Shown here piece by piece: positions 21,954 through 33,238 of a DNA stretch of 64,000 bases. The DNA is taken from the NCBI GenBank assembly GCA_964019335.1, contig OZ025653.1:372001-436000 (forward strand), written 5' to 3'. Position 1 is the stretch's first letter, and each line of letters starts with the position of its first letter. The translations under genes and the position numbers were made by a program. The stretch is from Diplonema japonicum. Its lineage: Eukaryota; Protista; Euglenozoa: Diplonemea. The notes below the pieces were generated by a model. It ran no database searches and was not told where the DNA came from. It saw only the letters and a program-made list of their open reading frames with translations.

Positions 21954-21988
<35 letters not shown>

Positions 21989-22524
21989 TAAAGCAAGGGC
22001 GGAGAAGAATAAGATCCAGCTAGATTATTTAAAGGAAATATTTTAGAGTTCATGGAGCCAATGGAAAAACAAGAAAGTGAAAAAGATTGTGGGGAAAAAA
22101 AGAGAAAAGAAAATAGAAAGACTAAACACGCCACGTAGGGGGGAGGGTGGTTTTTGCTTCATTTGCCTTTCCTGTTTCCCTTCTTCTTTTCATCCTTTTT
22201 CCACAGCCGTCTTCTTCTTGTCCCTTCATAGAGAGTCCTGCCTCCTGTTTTGCGGCGACACGTCACCAGTCAAAAAGGAAATAAAAGGAAAAAAAAAAAC
22301 ATTTAAGAGTACCTGCGGTGTGTAGCAGGACGCGAAAGAATTGGGAATATGTTGTAACCGAACTTATGCCGAGTAGACTTTATTTCGGACCGGAGAAATT
22401 ATAAGATTAGATTATTCTTTTCTTTTTGCGGGGCTTTTCTCGGTTCAACATATTCCCGAATAAGAAAATTAAAAAACAACTTGACTTCACATGTCATTTT
22501 GTACGCTCAAACAATGAGAAGAGA

Positions 22525-23121
22525 TCAGAACAGCCTGTTGATCTCCTCAACACCAGCCCTCAGGGCTCCTTCCGCATCCTTGGCCGTGTCTTCGGCACGA
22601 ATAAAAGTAATGTCCGTGAGGCCCACGAGACTGAGAAGATTTGTCAGATAAGGTGTGAGGGTGTCGTATGGCTTGCCTGCGTAGGCACCACCACTTGCGA
22701 CAAGAACGTAGACCTTCTTCCCCTTCTTGAGGAGACCTGCGGGGCCTGTTGCGGTATAGCCGAAGGTAACCCCAGCACGGAGGAGGCGGTCAATCCAAGC
22801 CTTGAGGGTGGACGGGACTCCAAAGTTGTACATGGAGACGGACAAGGCAAGGACATCTGCGTCTTGTACCTCCTTGATGATTTCATCGGACACCGCCGCA
22901 AGTCGTTTCTGTTCTGCCGTCCGCTCCCCTTCAGGAACACTCCATGCCCCCATCTCTTCACTGCTCAGGTGGGCGAGAGGCTTCGCCCCCACGTCGCGAA
23001 TGGTGGGCTTCACACCCCCACCCAGCTGCGATAGGAACGCCTCTGCAAGCCTGTTCGAGCACCCCTTCTCCCCGTTCATGCTGCTCTTCACAACAAGTAC
23101 CTTCTGCATTGTCTTCGACAT
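22525..23121 (-). CDS. azoR: FMN-dependent NADH-azoreductase, copy 2
   Basis: Identical to copy 1 except an inserted Lys and QLLGF->NLLSL near the C-terminus. Confidence 0.92.
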   Translation of the reverse strand: MSKTMQKVLVVKSSMNGEKGCSNRLAEAFLSQLGGGVKPTIRDVGAKPLAHLSSEEMGAWSVPEGERTAEQKRLAAVSDEIIKEVQDADVLALSVSMYNFGVPSTLKAWIDRLLRAGVTFGYTATGPAGLLKKGKKVYVLVASGGAYAGKPYDTLTPYLTNLLSLVGLTDITFIRAEDTAKDAEGALRAGVEEINRLF

Positions 23122-23457
23122 CTTGGGGATGAGTTGGGTTGGAAGAGTCTTGTGGATAAACCTTTTTTTTTTTGTAATGGATTATGCGGTGGGGGGGGGG
23201 GGGTGAAAAGGGAACGCAACATGCAAACTCCGCACGAGAACCGCTGGTCCTTGTTGAATAAGGAGGATGCCGTACTAGAACGACCAGGACATGCCTCGGG
23301 ACTCCACTCCTCAGGTGCTGTCCTTCAGACACTACTCGACTAATATTTTTCCGTTTTCAAAAGAGCGTGTCTTGTCATGTAAAAAAAGAAAAAGAAGAAA
23401 AAAAAATCACGTGTAATTTAAGAAAAATTGTGTTAATTCGTTCCTCCTCCGGTTCAT

Positions 23458-24264
23458 TCATAGACAGCTGCAGGGCCTAGGCGGTTTTGGGTTCTCCCAT
23501 GATATTATCTCACCGTTGCAGGCTGCGCAGTAGAGATCGTCCCACCACGCACCCCCCTTACTCATGGCAGGGCATTTCACGCATTTCTTGGTGCGGTTGA
23601 GACAACGCCGGCAATGGTAGGGCTGCCGTCCAAGGGGGATCCAGGCAGGCGGGAGAGGTTCGTGCAAAGTCCTGATATGTCTGCACCAGCTGCAGTATGC
23701 AGGGCCGTAATCAGTGTCGGGGCTGAAGACAATGGGATTGGTAGCTAGAGAGGTGAGAAGAGTGATGTACTCAGAAAGACGAATATCGCCTGTGACAGCC
23801 TCAATGTTCTCTTGTTCCAGGCTGAACTGGCCGTTCTTGCGGAGACACCGTAAGAGGCTCCCATTGGGTAGCATCTCTTCCGTTGCCAAGCTGTTGAATG
23901 CTTCAGCTGCAAAACCCTTCTCCGCTTCTGTCAAGCTCCCCACAAAACCCTTTCGAACAATGAACACAGCAAACAAATGGACAAATTGATCGGCTGAGAA
24001 CAACGCTGGGTGGTATTTTTCGTCTTTCAGTGCACTATAGTACCCCTCCACCTCTATACACAAACCCTTCAGTTCCTCTCTTTCGAATTTCACCCCCCTG
24101 TGTTCACATGCCAATCGAAAAGGCTTCTCGATCTCCCCCAGCGTCAGGAGCCCTATGTCATCTGGGTCGCACTGTGCGTAAAGTATTTTATAATCCTCTT
24201 TTATACTGTTATTGAAAACCTTTCCAGGATCTACGTCCTGAGGGGCCGCTTTTGGGGCCCCCAT
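23458..24264 (-). CDS. Hypothetical protein with degenerate EF-hand-like motifs and a C-terminal Cys-rich Zn-binding region
   Basis: DPDDIGLLTLGE; multiple CxxC pairs. Confidence 0.75.
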   Translation of the reverse strand: MGAPKAAPQDVDPGKVFNNSIKEDYKILYAQCDPDDIGLLTLGEIEKPFRLACEHRGVKFEREELKGLCIEVEGYYSALKDEKYHPALFSADQFVHLFAVFIVRKGFVGSLTEAEKGFAAEAFNSLATEEMLPNGSLLRCLRKNGQFSLEQENIEAVTGDIRLSEYITLLTSLATNPIVFSPDTDYGPAYCSWCRHIRTLHEPLPPAWIPLGRQPYHCRRCLNRTKKCVKCPAMSKGGAWWDDLYCAACNGEIISWENPKPPRPCSCL

Positions 24265-24977
24265 TGTTGTGTAATATGGCCCTTTTTTTTGTTTGTTTGT
24301 TTGTTTTTTTTTTTTTTTTTGTTGAGGATGGTGTGTTGAGAAGAAAACAGAATATAAAAAAAAAAAAAAAATATGGCACTAAGGGTAGATGACGGATAAA
24401 TAAAGCAAGGAAGAGAAAAAAAAAATAAGAAAAAAAAAAAGAAAAAAAAAAGGAAAAAGGAAAAATAAATGGCGTTGTGGAATAGAAAGAAGCAAAAGGA
24501 AAGAAAAGAAAAGAAAAGTCGCCGTGATGGACGAAAAAGCAAAATATTAGCTGATCCCAACACGCAAGAAGGGGGGGGGGGGGGGGGGTTGTGAATCGTA
24601 GAAAAGCTGCAATTTCTTCATGCAAACCCTTATGCGGTCAACAGGAGGAGGTGGATGTTTAGCAATGGCACACCAAAAATTACCCCTGAAAAACAAATAG
24701 AACCAAACCACACACAGGATATTTTCTTCTTTTTTTTTTTTGAAAAAAAAAAACCATTGAGACGAGAGAAAAAAAAAAGAACAAAACAAAAAAAACAAAA
24801 AACTAACGTCACCACAAGGGCCTGAGCATAATAAAAAAAAAGGGTAACTCGCAGCATAAGCCATTACTAATTTTCTTTCCACCCCCCTCCCCCTCCTCAT
24901 TTTTACTTCTTCGGTGGTTGGATGTTTAATTCCTTGATCTTGTAGGTGGGTTTTTTTATTATTATTTTTTTTTTTTT

Positions 24978-25688
24978 TCATACCCGTTTGTCCAATTCTT
25001 CAGCCTTGGACAGTGAACTCTCGGCCCTTTCAGTGATGATCTTACGAGCAGCCTCACCCTGCGTGAGTGGAAGGAGTTCCACAAGCATTGTAACCACTTC
25101 TTGATGACACTCCTTCGTTTTAAGAAGGTTCCCTCGGCCCTCATAGATTTTAGCTAACTCCAGAACTTTAATCGCAGCGTCATAAAGCCCACGAACCTTC
25201 CCACTGCAGCTTTGCCCGTCCCACCCGGAGGACGGTGTGGTGGTGGTGGTAGTAGAGGAAGCGACTGGCTTGACAATAGGTTTGAGAGGCGGTGTTGCTG
25301 AGCTAGCAGAAGCCTTCAACCGCCTTTTGTTTCTCTTAATCCCATCCATTCTATCACTGTACTGAGTGATGTGTGCTTGCAGCTTCTCCCGTGCGACATC
25401 TGACGTCTGCTTCTTTTGCATAGCTTGCAATGCATGGACAGTGCTTTCATATAATCTTAAAGCCTTATCAGTATCTCCTTGCCTGTCTGCGTCCACCGCC
25501 ATCATCCCCAACGTCCTCATTTTTTCTTCTTCTGTCATGGCTGCAGGCTGCTGTACTGGTGGATTCTGGTATTGATCCACCACACCTACCGCCATCCCCA
25601 TTGGAGGCGCGCTCGGCAACGGTCCATCAGGACCCCACCCGTTTGGATACGCTCCTTCAACACCCATGTTATCTCCTTCAGCACCCAT
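24978..25688 (-). CDS. Tandem MIT-domain protein
   Basis: AVDADRQG...ALRLY...QYSDRM segment and a second A...E..G...ERAE...KAEEL segment. Confidence 0.8.
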   Translation of the reverse strand: MGAEGDNMGVEGAYPNGWGPDGPLPSAPPMGMAVGVVDQYQNPPVQQPAAMTEEEKMRTLGMMAVDADRQGDTDKALRLYESTVHALQAMQKKQTSDVAREKLQAHITQYSDRMDGIKRNKRRLKASASSATPPLKPIVKPVASSTTTTTTPSSGWDGQSCSGKVRGLYDAAIKVLELAKIYEGRGNLLKTKECHQEVVTMLVELLPLTQGEAARKIITERAESSLSKAEELDKRV

Positions 25689-25979
25689 TTCTTTTTTGAA
25701 GAACTTCTTTTTTTTTCTTTTTAATACTGCAAGGTGGACAAGAAAATGTACGAAGTAGGGTGTAAAAAAAAAATTCTTTTTATATAAAAGGCATTACTTC
25801 ATTTCTAAGATCTAACACTATAATCACAGTTAAAAAAAAAGGTGGGGGGTGGGAATCCCCTCTACTAAAAGAACATCTATAACAAAAATCTCCTTTTTTT
25901 TTGCTTTGTTTGTTTTTTTTTTTTTTTTTTTTTTTTTTTGTACATAAATATTACACCTCCCCCGGACCTTAATATTTGA

Positions 25980-27914
25980 TTAATCATAACCAAAGGTATG
26001 GGTGCTCGATCTGCTACTGACTCGGCTCGCGGTGGTTGGGTTTTTTGCGAGGCTGACCTGGCAAGGGGTAAACAAAGAAAAAAACAATTCAGAAACATAC
26101 AGAAGCAGCGATAGTGCTAATATACCCAGGGGCGCTGTGGATTTTAGGTTGGAAGGTGCAACATTTCATGTCGTCATCTTCCCTTCTCTTTCTTTCAACT
26201 TCTAAGTGGTGGGTGCGTTGCTGCGTCTTGGCCTTAGCCCACTGGATGTACCCCATTGGGTCAGACTTGACAGAAACCTAAGGGTGCGCGTGGGGGCGAA
26301 AAAAACACTTTTTTTTTTCCATACCTTGCTCTTGATCCCAATATCGGCATTGTGGTGCCGCAAGGAAGGGGAAAAGGTACAGTTATCAAGCTCTTTGTCA
26401 TGCCGTTCTCTGGCGCCCCTTTTCCGTCGCTCTTCTTGCCTTTCCATGTCGCCGTAAGAAAGTTCTTCTGCCGTCCTCGGCCGCAAGGATCTTGCTGACG
26501 GTGTGATCTTCGGCTTGAATGAACACTCCTCGTCCACCCGCCCTTGCTGCTTCTCTTGTAACCGGGTTTTCCCTCTCCGTTCTCTTAACTGCTGGTCCGA
26601 TTCCAGCCGGTCAAAGAAATCCATGCCCCCCCTGCTCTCTACGATTGCTTTGCTCTTCTTGTTGATATCCGGTTTGAACTCGTGGTTCGAAGGGTCGTTC
26701 GCCTTCAGATATTCCATTTTCTCCAACCGTTTGTGTTCGTGTTCTTTCACCCTGTCCAAGAAGTCGTCATCCCCCTCCACCGCCTGCCTGGTGCCCTGCA
26801 TGTCGGAGTCTTCGTAGAACCACCTTTGATGCCTTTTCTGTTCTTCGTTCCGTGTGACGGGCACCGAGAGCCGCTCAAAGGCGTCGATTTCCAAGTACCC
26901 CTGTGCAGTGGCCGGGTGGTAGCTGTTGATCCTGGGCCTGAATGTACATTCTTCATCGCTCGCCTGAACGGACCGCCTGCTGGACGCAGTCGAGACCGAA
27001 GTGTTGTTCCCCGACAGGTATCTCGGCTCCACGTGCTCCGTCCATTCGTTTCTGTTAAGATGCGGCTGGAACGTGCAAGCCTCGGACTCTGCGGCCTGCC
27101 GCTTCTTCCTCTCGGTATCGAGGCTCGTTTCTGTGTGCTTCTTCGCCTGATAAAGCCTGTCCACAACATCGGTGGACTGCACCTTTGGCGCACCATTGAA
27201 TCTGTTGATAGACGGCTTGAATGAGCACCGTGCTTCTTCTTCTTGCAGTCTGCGCTGTCTGAGGTTGTCGAGTTGGTTCTCTTTATTCTGCTTCCACATC
27301 TCAGTACGGCTATAGAGACCTGCTACTTTAGAGCTGCTGGGTGCAGAGGGGGCTGAGGTGTGGGCAGTTGTGGTTGGTTCCTCTTTCGAGGCTTTGCCCT
27401 CTGCGAGGCGTTCCTTCAGCATCGCCTCGTACTCGAGGACGGCAGGTGCAGAAGTGTGGCTAGAGGTACTTCTAGGGGCTGGGTTCGTTGCAGCAACGGG
27501 TGGCTGCTCGTTGCGCGCGTCCCAGCTCTTCTCTAATTGACTTTGTAAGCTTCGCAGCTTGGCGGCATGGGACTGACTTTGGTTGTGAACCTGGGAGTGG
27601 TTTTGGTTGTGAACTTGAGAGTGGCTCTGGTTGTGAACCTGGGAGTGGCTTTGGTTCTGACTCATGAAGCTAGTGCTGCTGGTGGTCAAGTTTGTTGTCT
27701 CAAAACCAGACGGCTGCTCCATCAGCTTCTGGTAAGCAGTCTGCTGCTGCTTCCGCTTTTCTTGCACTTCCTCTGGGGCTGCCTCTTTCCAAAGCTGCGC
27801 CACCAACCTGTTGACTTCATCTGACTGGTTCCTCTCGGGGCTCAGGCCGGTCCGCTGCCATGCGTTCAGCCCTTCTGGCGTGGGTATTGGCCCATTGTTG
27901 CGCCCCCGATGCAT
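25980..27914 (-). CDS. Hypothetical coiled-coil protein with repeated ECTFKPxIN-like motifs, 3 exons
   Basis: About seven CxFxPxI repeats. Removing introns 26278-26324 and 26058-26100 restores another repeat (CCTFQPKIH) and gives a stop at 25980. Confidence 0.8.
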
Positions 27915-28004
27915 CCCTGTTGTGGGTTTACAAGTGGTAACAATAGCTAGTTCCCAACTACTAATAAAACATCCGCACACTGCAACACTGATCGTAATGT
28001 TACG

Positions 28005-29194
28005 CTACAGTTCGAACATTTGCACGGCTGCTCCCTTTTTACGCTCTTTAAGCTTCTGTTCTTGCGCCTCCCTGCGTCGGTGTTGTGTGTGTCACCTCTT
28101 CCCGCATACCTCTCTGCTCTTCTTGCCTGCGACTCCTCCTTTCTCTTCGCCACCATCTCTGCCGAGAAGATGGGTCTCTCGACCTCCCCGTCCCATGGCT
28201 CGTCGCTGAGTGGAGTGTTGTAACAACATGCTGTGCATACCGTGCATCGTGCTCTGCAACGTCTTTTCTAGTGAAGGCTTCCCATGACTCGCCTTGGAGC
28301 TGGTCCCAGATCCAGGGCTGTCTGTGCATGAGCTTGCCCTGGGCTTCTCGTCTGGTGTAGTCTTGGTAGAGAGGGTCCCAGTGTACCTGAAGTTAGTTGA
28401 CACAAAACAAATAAAATGTAAAAATCATACGTTAAGAAGCTCGCAGTTCTCTTTGGTGGCAATGACAGCCAGCCTGTTGGGATGGAGGTCCATCCGGAAC
28501 TGCTCGTGGTTGACGGCCACAACGTCATTCTCCTCACCGAGACCTGGGATGGCCTCTCGGAGGATGCAGTAGGTGAGCCCCCAGTGGGCAGGGTGAGGGT
28601 CGTGTGGGTGCTCCATTCCCCTTTCAATCCAACTCGCTTGGTCGGGCTTCCTGTACAGCACAGCTGTGGATGTCTCCTGCTTCACACTCGTAAGGGACCA
28701 AGGGTCTCGCGGGATCAGCGCGTACTCGTACCTTTCCTTGAACTGTGTAAGAGGTGCGTCCTCTGCAACAGGGCGTGGCCATGTGGTCTCAGGTCTAAAA
28801 GGATTTCTTGCGTCGTATCGAATCTCCGGTCCAAACACCTCGTGCTCCCTCCGTTGGAACTGCCTCGCCCACTTATTCTTAAGCATTTTTGTTTTGTACC
28901 CTTCACCCCTTCGCCACAGGTGCAAGCAGACAGGCTCAAGATCGTTCGAAGTACGGCGTTTCCTGTTTTTTTTCCCCTTCTATTTGAATGGTGGAACACA
29001 CATACCAAATTGACCACTGTCTCCAGCTTAAATTGAAGTCGATCGGTTTGATATTAGCATCAGCTGTTGGTGAATGTAAAAAGAAAAAGGGGGGGGGGGG
29101 GGATAATACTTTTTTTGAACGATAGTTGTTGCAGCCTACCCGGCGTCACATTCTTCCCCGATTCTATCCCTGGCCGCACGAACGATCGTGACAT
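28005..29194 (-). CDS. Mitochondrial ribosomal protein bL9m-like with long extensions, 6 exons
   Basis: L9 N-domain-like YCILREAIPGLGEENDVVAV...LHPNRLAVIATKEN. GT-AG introns at 29064-29109, 28963-29005, 28387-28430, 28206-28240 and 28072-28109 give a single open frame. Confidence 0.78.
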
Positions 29195-29494
29195 CTTTTC
29201 TTTTTTTTGTCTCTCACCCTGGGGCCCCTCCGTTGACCCCTTCCTGTATGGTTTCTTTTGTTACACAACCGTTTTAACGGGGGAGGGGAAAAAAAACAGA
29301 GTTCTTATGGGGGAAGGGGAGAATAACAAGGGCTTTAAAAAAAAAAAAAGATAATTGTGGAGTTTTCTTTGCATTTTATTCCCTTCCCCCAGGGCTATGT
29401 TGGCAAGAAACAGGGAAACCTTTTCCCGTACCCGTTTCCTTATTTTTCAGATACTTAAAAAAAACCCCCCCCTTCTTATTTATGTATTTTCTCC

Positions 29495-30490
29495 TCAAAC
29501 CTCATCGATATCCTTCTCTTCTACTTTAACGGTTTCTTTATCATCCTTCCCAGAGGCCTCTTCTTTCTCTTCATCTTTCTCCTCTTTCTTCTCATCTTTC
29601 TTCTCGTCTTTCTCATCTTTCTCGTCTTTCTTCTCTTCTTTCTTCTCATCTTTCTCTTCTTTCTCTTCCTCCTTATCTTCGCTTGACTCGCTTCCCTTCT
29701 TTGCATCTGCAGAAGAGTCAGACTCCGAGTCTTCGTTTTCAGCAGCACGCGAGAAGTGCTTTTTAAATGACTTGTCCAAGTGTCGTTTGCTGACGACATT
29801 GGGGTCGAGGTTAGCGGTGAGACGGTCCAGTCCTTTTCTCTCCGCCTTGATGTGCTTTACGTAGGTGTCATGCTCTTGTTTGATTTCGGCATCAACAATG
29901 GGAGCAATGGTGGAAATGTTGGACTCGGCAGGCCAGAAGACCTCAAGGGGAAGCACCTGTTTCATTTTATTTCCCCTTTCCCCAAAACACACCTCTGTCT
30001 GTATCTTCGCCTTTCCCTCCAACAACTCCGACTCCGCCAGGAACCCCTCAAGCGACGCAAAAATAGTTTCATTCTGAGCCGACGTGTTGTACAAGACTAA
30101 GGATCGGTACTGCGATCCAATTTCATCGCCCTTTTTTATTTTTTTTCTTTTTTTTTTTTAAATCCAAACCTGAGCGTGCATGGAAGTGGGGTCGTGTCCA
30201 TGCCAGAACACACTCATTATGCCCCGAAGTGGCTGATCCGCCTCTGTGTAGGTGATCTTGATGACCTCGGCGTGGCCGGTCTTCCCCTTCATCACCGATC
30301 TGTAGTCGGGCTTCTTGAAGAAGCCGCCTGCGTACCCTTGTTCAATGGAGCCCAGTTTGAGTTTCCCGCTGTCCTCCGCTTCTTGGAAGGTCTTCTTGGC
30401 TTTGAAAAAGCAACCCATGCCGAGAACAACCTCGTCTGCCGCAACCGCCGCCGCGCAACAGACGAGCACCGCAAGCAGTTTGTACACCAT
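29495..30490 (-). CDS. MsrA-like protein with a signal peptide and acidic/Lys-rich tail, 2 exons
   Basis: GMGCFF, GYAGG, TGHAEVI and HDPT...Q|GDEIGSQYRS motifs; intron 30131-30169 joins two ORF-track ORFs. Confidence 0.85.
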
Positions 30491-30566
30491 GTTTTTTCTT
30501 GTTCACAAACCCTTTTTTTGGGGGGGGGTTGAGTGGGGTGAGAATTATATATAAAAAAAAACCTTC

Positions 30567-31724
30567 TTAGGAACTTCGTCCCCCGAAAATACGTGCGCTC
30601 TCAATCCTAACGGCGTCCCTTCTACCGACGATTTCCTTGTCTATCCCAGCGGCTTTGTACGCTGCTTGCAGGCCCTCAACGATCGCGGGTGTCTCTGATC
30701 GGTTGTGCGCATGAAGTGCAGTGCGCACAGCGTCCACGTACGATACGTCCTTACAGTTCACGCAGATGTTAATCAGATGACGAGCGTGGGCTGTCGTGAA
30801 GGGCACTCCTAATGAGGTTAAAGCTTCGAATAAAGAAAACGCGTATTGGTAGAAAAACCGTTGCTCCTGCGGGTCATGTTGGAAGTAAAGGGCTGCCTCC
30901 GAACAAGAGGAAAATATTTGCCGGGAAAGCTCCACTGAGGGCGCGCTGAAATCCCCGAGAACCGCAACAGCATCACGATACGCGTGCAGTCGTGACAGGG
31001 TTTCGCAAGCTGCGGAGCCGATCCTTTCGTCGCTGACGCTTCCTTTGTAGATGTTCAAAGCAGTTTCGGGTGATTGGCAAGACCATAGTAACCCAAGTCG
31101 GTAGAGGACAGTGTTGCGGTCCCATTCCCAGATTGTAAAATGTTGCTCCATCATATTCTTCGCCTCGTCTTGTGTGAGTAACGTAACGATGTCTTTCAGG
31201 GTGGTGTCGAATGGGGCGGTGCCCCCTAGTGCTTCCAGTGCTGCATTTGCATTTTTTTTGTGAATGGCGAGGCCTCTGGACAATGCTTGGACTGCGTGCG
31301 GGCTTGGGTCTAGATTCGTGTTCAAAAAGAGACAGGTTACCTCCTTGTACAATTGTTCGTTTTTCACGATTCTCAAGAGAAGGGTTCCAAAGGTCCCGTC
31401 AGATGGGCATCCACCTGCGTCTAGTAGTTTTCTCAGCATTTCAACGGCTTTGTCTATCTGTCCGTTGTGCTGGTGATTTTGTATTAACAAATCGTAGCAT
31501 CGGCTGCCCATTTTGTATCCTTGGCTTTCCAGTTTTTGAACTATTTTTGTTAATTCTCTTGTCGACTTTGTCCTGTGAGGCTCCAAGAGCTCGTAACACT
31601 CGCCATCTTCATAAATGCCTATGTTTTGCGTTTTCAAAAAACTCGTCGTTCCTTTCTCTTCCTTCACAGGCCTTCCTCTTAGTATCTCGACAATATTCTC
31701 TACTGCCCTTCTCCTCTTCAGCAT
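30567..31724 (-). CDS. Pentatricopeptide-repeat-like protein, probably mitochondrial
   Basis: CYDLLIQ...GQIDKAVEML...G..P...TF PPR-like motif; Arg-rich N-terminus. Confidence 0.7.
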   Translation of the reverse strand: MLKRRRAVENIVEILRGRPVKEEKGTTSFLKTQNIGIYEDGECYELLEPHRTKSTRELTKIVQKLESQGYKMGSRCYDLLIQNHQHNGQIDKAVEMLRKLLDAGGCPSDGTFGTLLLRIVKNEQLYKEVTCLFLNTNLDPSPHAVQALSRGLAIHKKNANAALEALGGTAPFDTTLKDIVTLLTQDEAKNMMEQHFTIWEWDRNTVLYRLGLLWSCQSPETALNIYKGSVSDERIGSAACETLSRLHAYRDAVAVLGDFSAPSVELSRQIFSSCSEAALYFQHDPQEQRFFYQYAFSLFEALTSLGVPFTTAHARHLINICVNCKDVSYVDAVRTALHAHNRSETPAIVEGLQAAYKAAGIDKEIVGRRDAVRIESARIFGGRSS

Positions 31725-32186
31725 TTCTTTAGTGGCATTTCGTTTGATCTTTTTTCTTTTTTTTTCTCTCGCTCTTTTCTTTTAAGTGTCTTGGGAAGGG
31801 GGATCAGTGCAAACGGAGGAGAGAAAGAATGAAGTGAAATGAAATGAGTTAGACATTCAATTAGCGTTTCTTCCCCTTTTTTTTTGGTTTCTTTTTCTTT
31901 TTTTTTTTTTCGCATCCAGTTGTAAGAAGCCCATGGTACAGGTTCTTTTTTTTTAATATGAGATATTTGAAAAATGAAAAAAAACTTTTCTTCCCATTTT
32001 ATCGTTTTTTTTTCTCTTTTTTTTTCTTCTTGTTTTCTTCGCCTTTCCGTTTTTTTTTTTTTTTTTTCATTATCACTCAAAATTTCAAAGGGAAAAAAAA
32101 AAGGGTAGGTATTTGGAGAGGGAAATATAACATCTTTTTTTTTTTTTCTTTTTTTTTTTTCAATTGAAGTAAAATGGCAACAACCA

Positions 32187-33077
32187 TCACAGTTTGCTGA
32201 TTTTGTACATCGTGCCACCAGCAGCGGTGAGCACCGACATCAAGGCAAAAACAGCATGGATCTGTAAGTGGGAATACCAGTTGAGGTTCAGTCCCAACAC
32301 CGACGACAAGGCCACAGTCCCTCGTACAAAACTGTTGTTCAACGGCCCGAGAACACCTTCGTAGTGAAAACCAGGAAGCGGGCTGAAAAGTTCTTTCTTG
32401 ACACCGGTTTTGGCCACAACGTGAGCTGTCATCCAGAGGGTCAGCCCCCATAAACGGAAGCCATAATCATCTGTGATATCTTTTGCATTGGTTCGCTCTG
32501 TCAGAGGGAGATCGATAGCAGGAAAGGCTACATGGTCGATTCCAAAGATACCCAAGGCCATCCACATCTTCCTTTCGACGAAAGGCTTTTTCTCGCCTTG
32601 TTTGAACGGTTCTGGCCATCGCACACATGATTTTGCCTTCTCCTTTGTAAAATCAGATATTTTAGCCCATCCCACAGCCGATATCTCGCTGTCATTTAGA
32701 ACCAACGCGGGTGTTTCGTCAACAGTTTGGTGGTACACCATACAGGACACAGACAGTTCCTTACCGGCTGTTCTGTCGTCGATCCTTCCTAGGTATTCGT
32801 ACCCGTTGTGAAGGTTCAGGCCTATCTCCTCCAGGACCTCCCTCTCGGCTGTTTCTCTGATGTTTTTGTCGGTTTTGTCCTTCTTCCCTCCTGGGAAGGC
32901 CACCTGACCGCTCCACCTGTCGCCCGCGTTCGTTGCCCTGAGGATGAACATCATTTCCAACTCGTCCTTCCCTCGCAATATACACGCAACACCTGCCCGC
33001 CTTTCCGTTGGCCGTATGACCGGTTTCTTCTGCAGTCCCGTCTTTAGAACCTCCAGCATGGTTCGCTTTCCACTCAT
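32187..33077 (-). CDS. Nudix hydrolase, CoA pyrophosphatase type (NUDT7/8/PCD1-like), with C-terminal PTS1 SKL
   Basis: ILRA...WSGQVAFPGG plus Nudix box TAEREVLEEIG; LWGLT; ends SKL. Confidence 0.9.
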   Translation of the reverse strand: MSGKRTMLEVLKTGLQKKPVIRPTERRAGVACILRGKDELEMMFILRATNAGDRWSGQVAFPGGKKDKTDKNIRETAEREVLEEIGLNLHNGYEYLGRIDDRTAGKELSVSCMVYHQTVDETPALVLNDSEISAVGWAKISDFTKEKAKSCVRWPEPFKQGEKKPFVERKMWMALGIFGIDHVAFPAIDLPLTERTNAKDITDDYGFRLWGLTLWMTAHVVAKTGVKKELFSPLPGFHYEGVLGPLNNSFVRGTVALSSVLGLNLNWYSHLQIHAVFALMSVLTAAGGTMYKISKL

Positions 33078-33238
33078 TTTAATTTTTCTCTTTTCTTTTT
33101 TGTTTTGTTTTCACCCTACGGTTTCTCACGAGGTATAAATTGAATTTTTCGGGGGGGTTCGTCTTCTCACTATTCTTTTTTTTTTATTGTCTCATTTTCT
33201 TTTCAGTCAAAACTTTTCTTCTTTATTCTTTTCTCTTT

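Larger units (their letters stand above)
20455..23216. repeat. Tandem duplication of azoR plus the adjacent intergenic spacer (units about 20455-21880 and 21881-23216)
   Basis: The two CDSs are near-identical and the spacers align (e.g. aaaataaagatgaccccacag and gacacgtcaccagtcaaaa occur in both). Confidence 0.92.
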
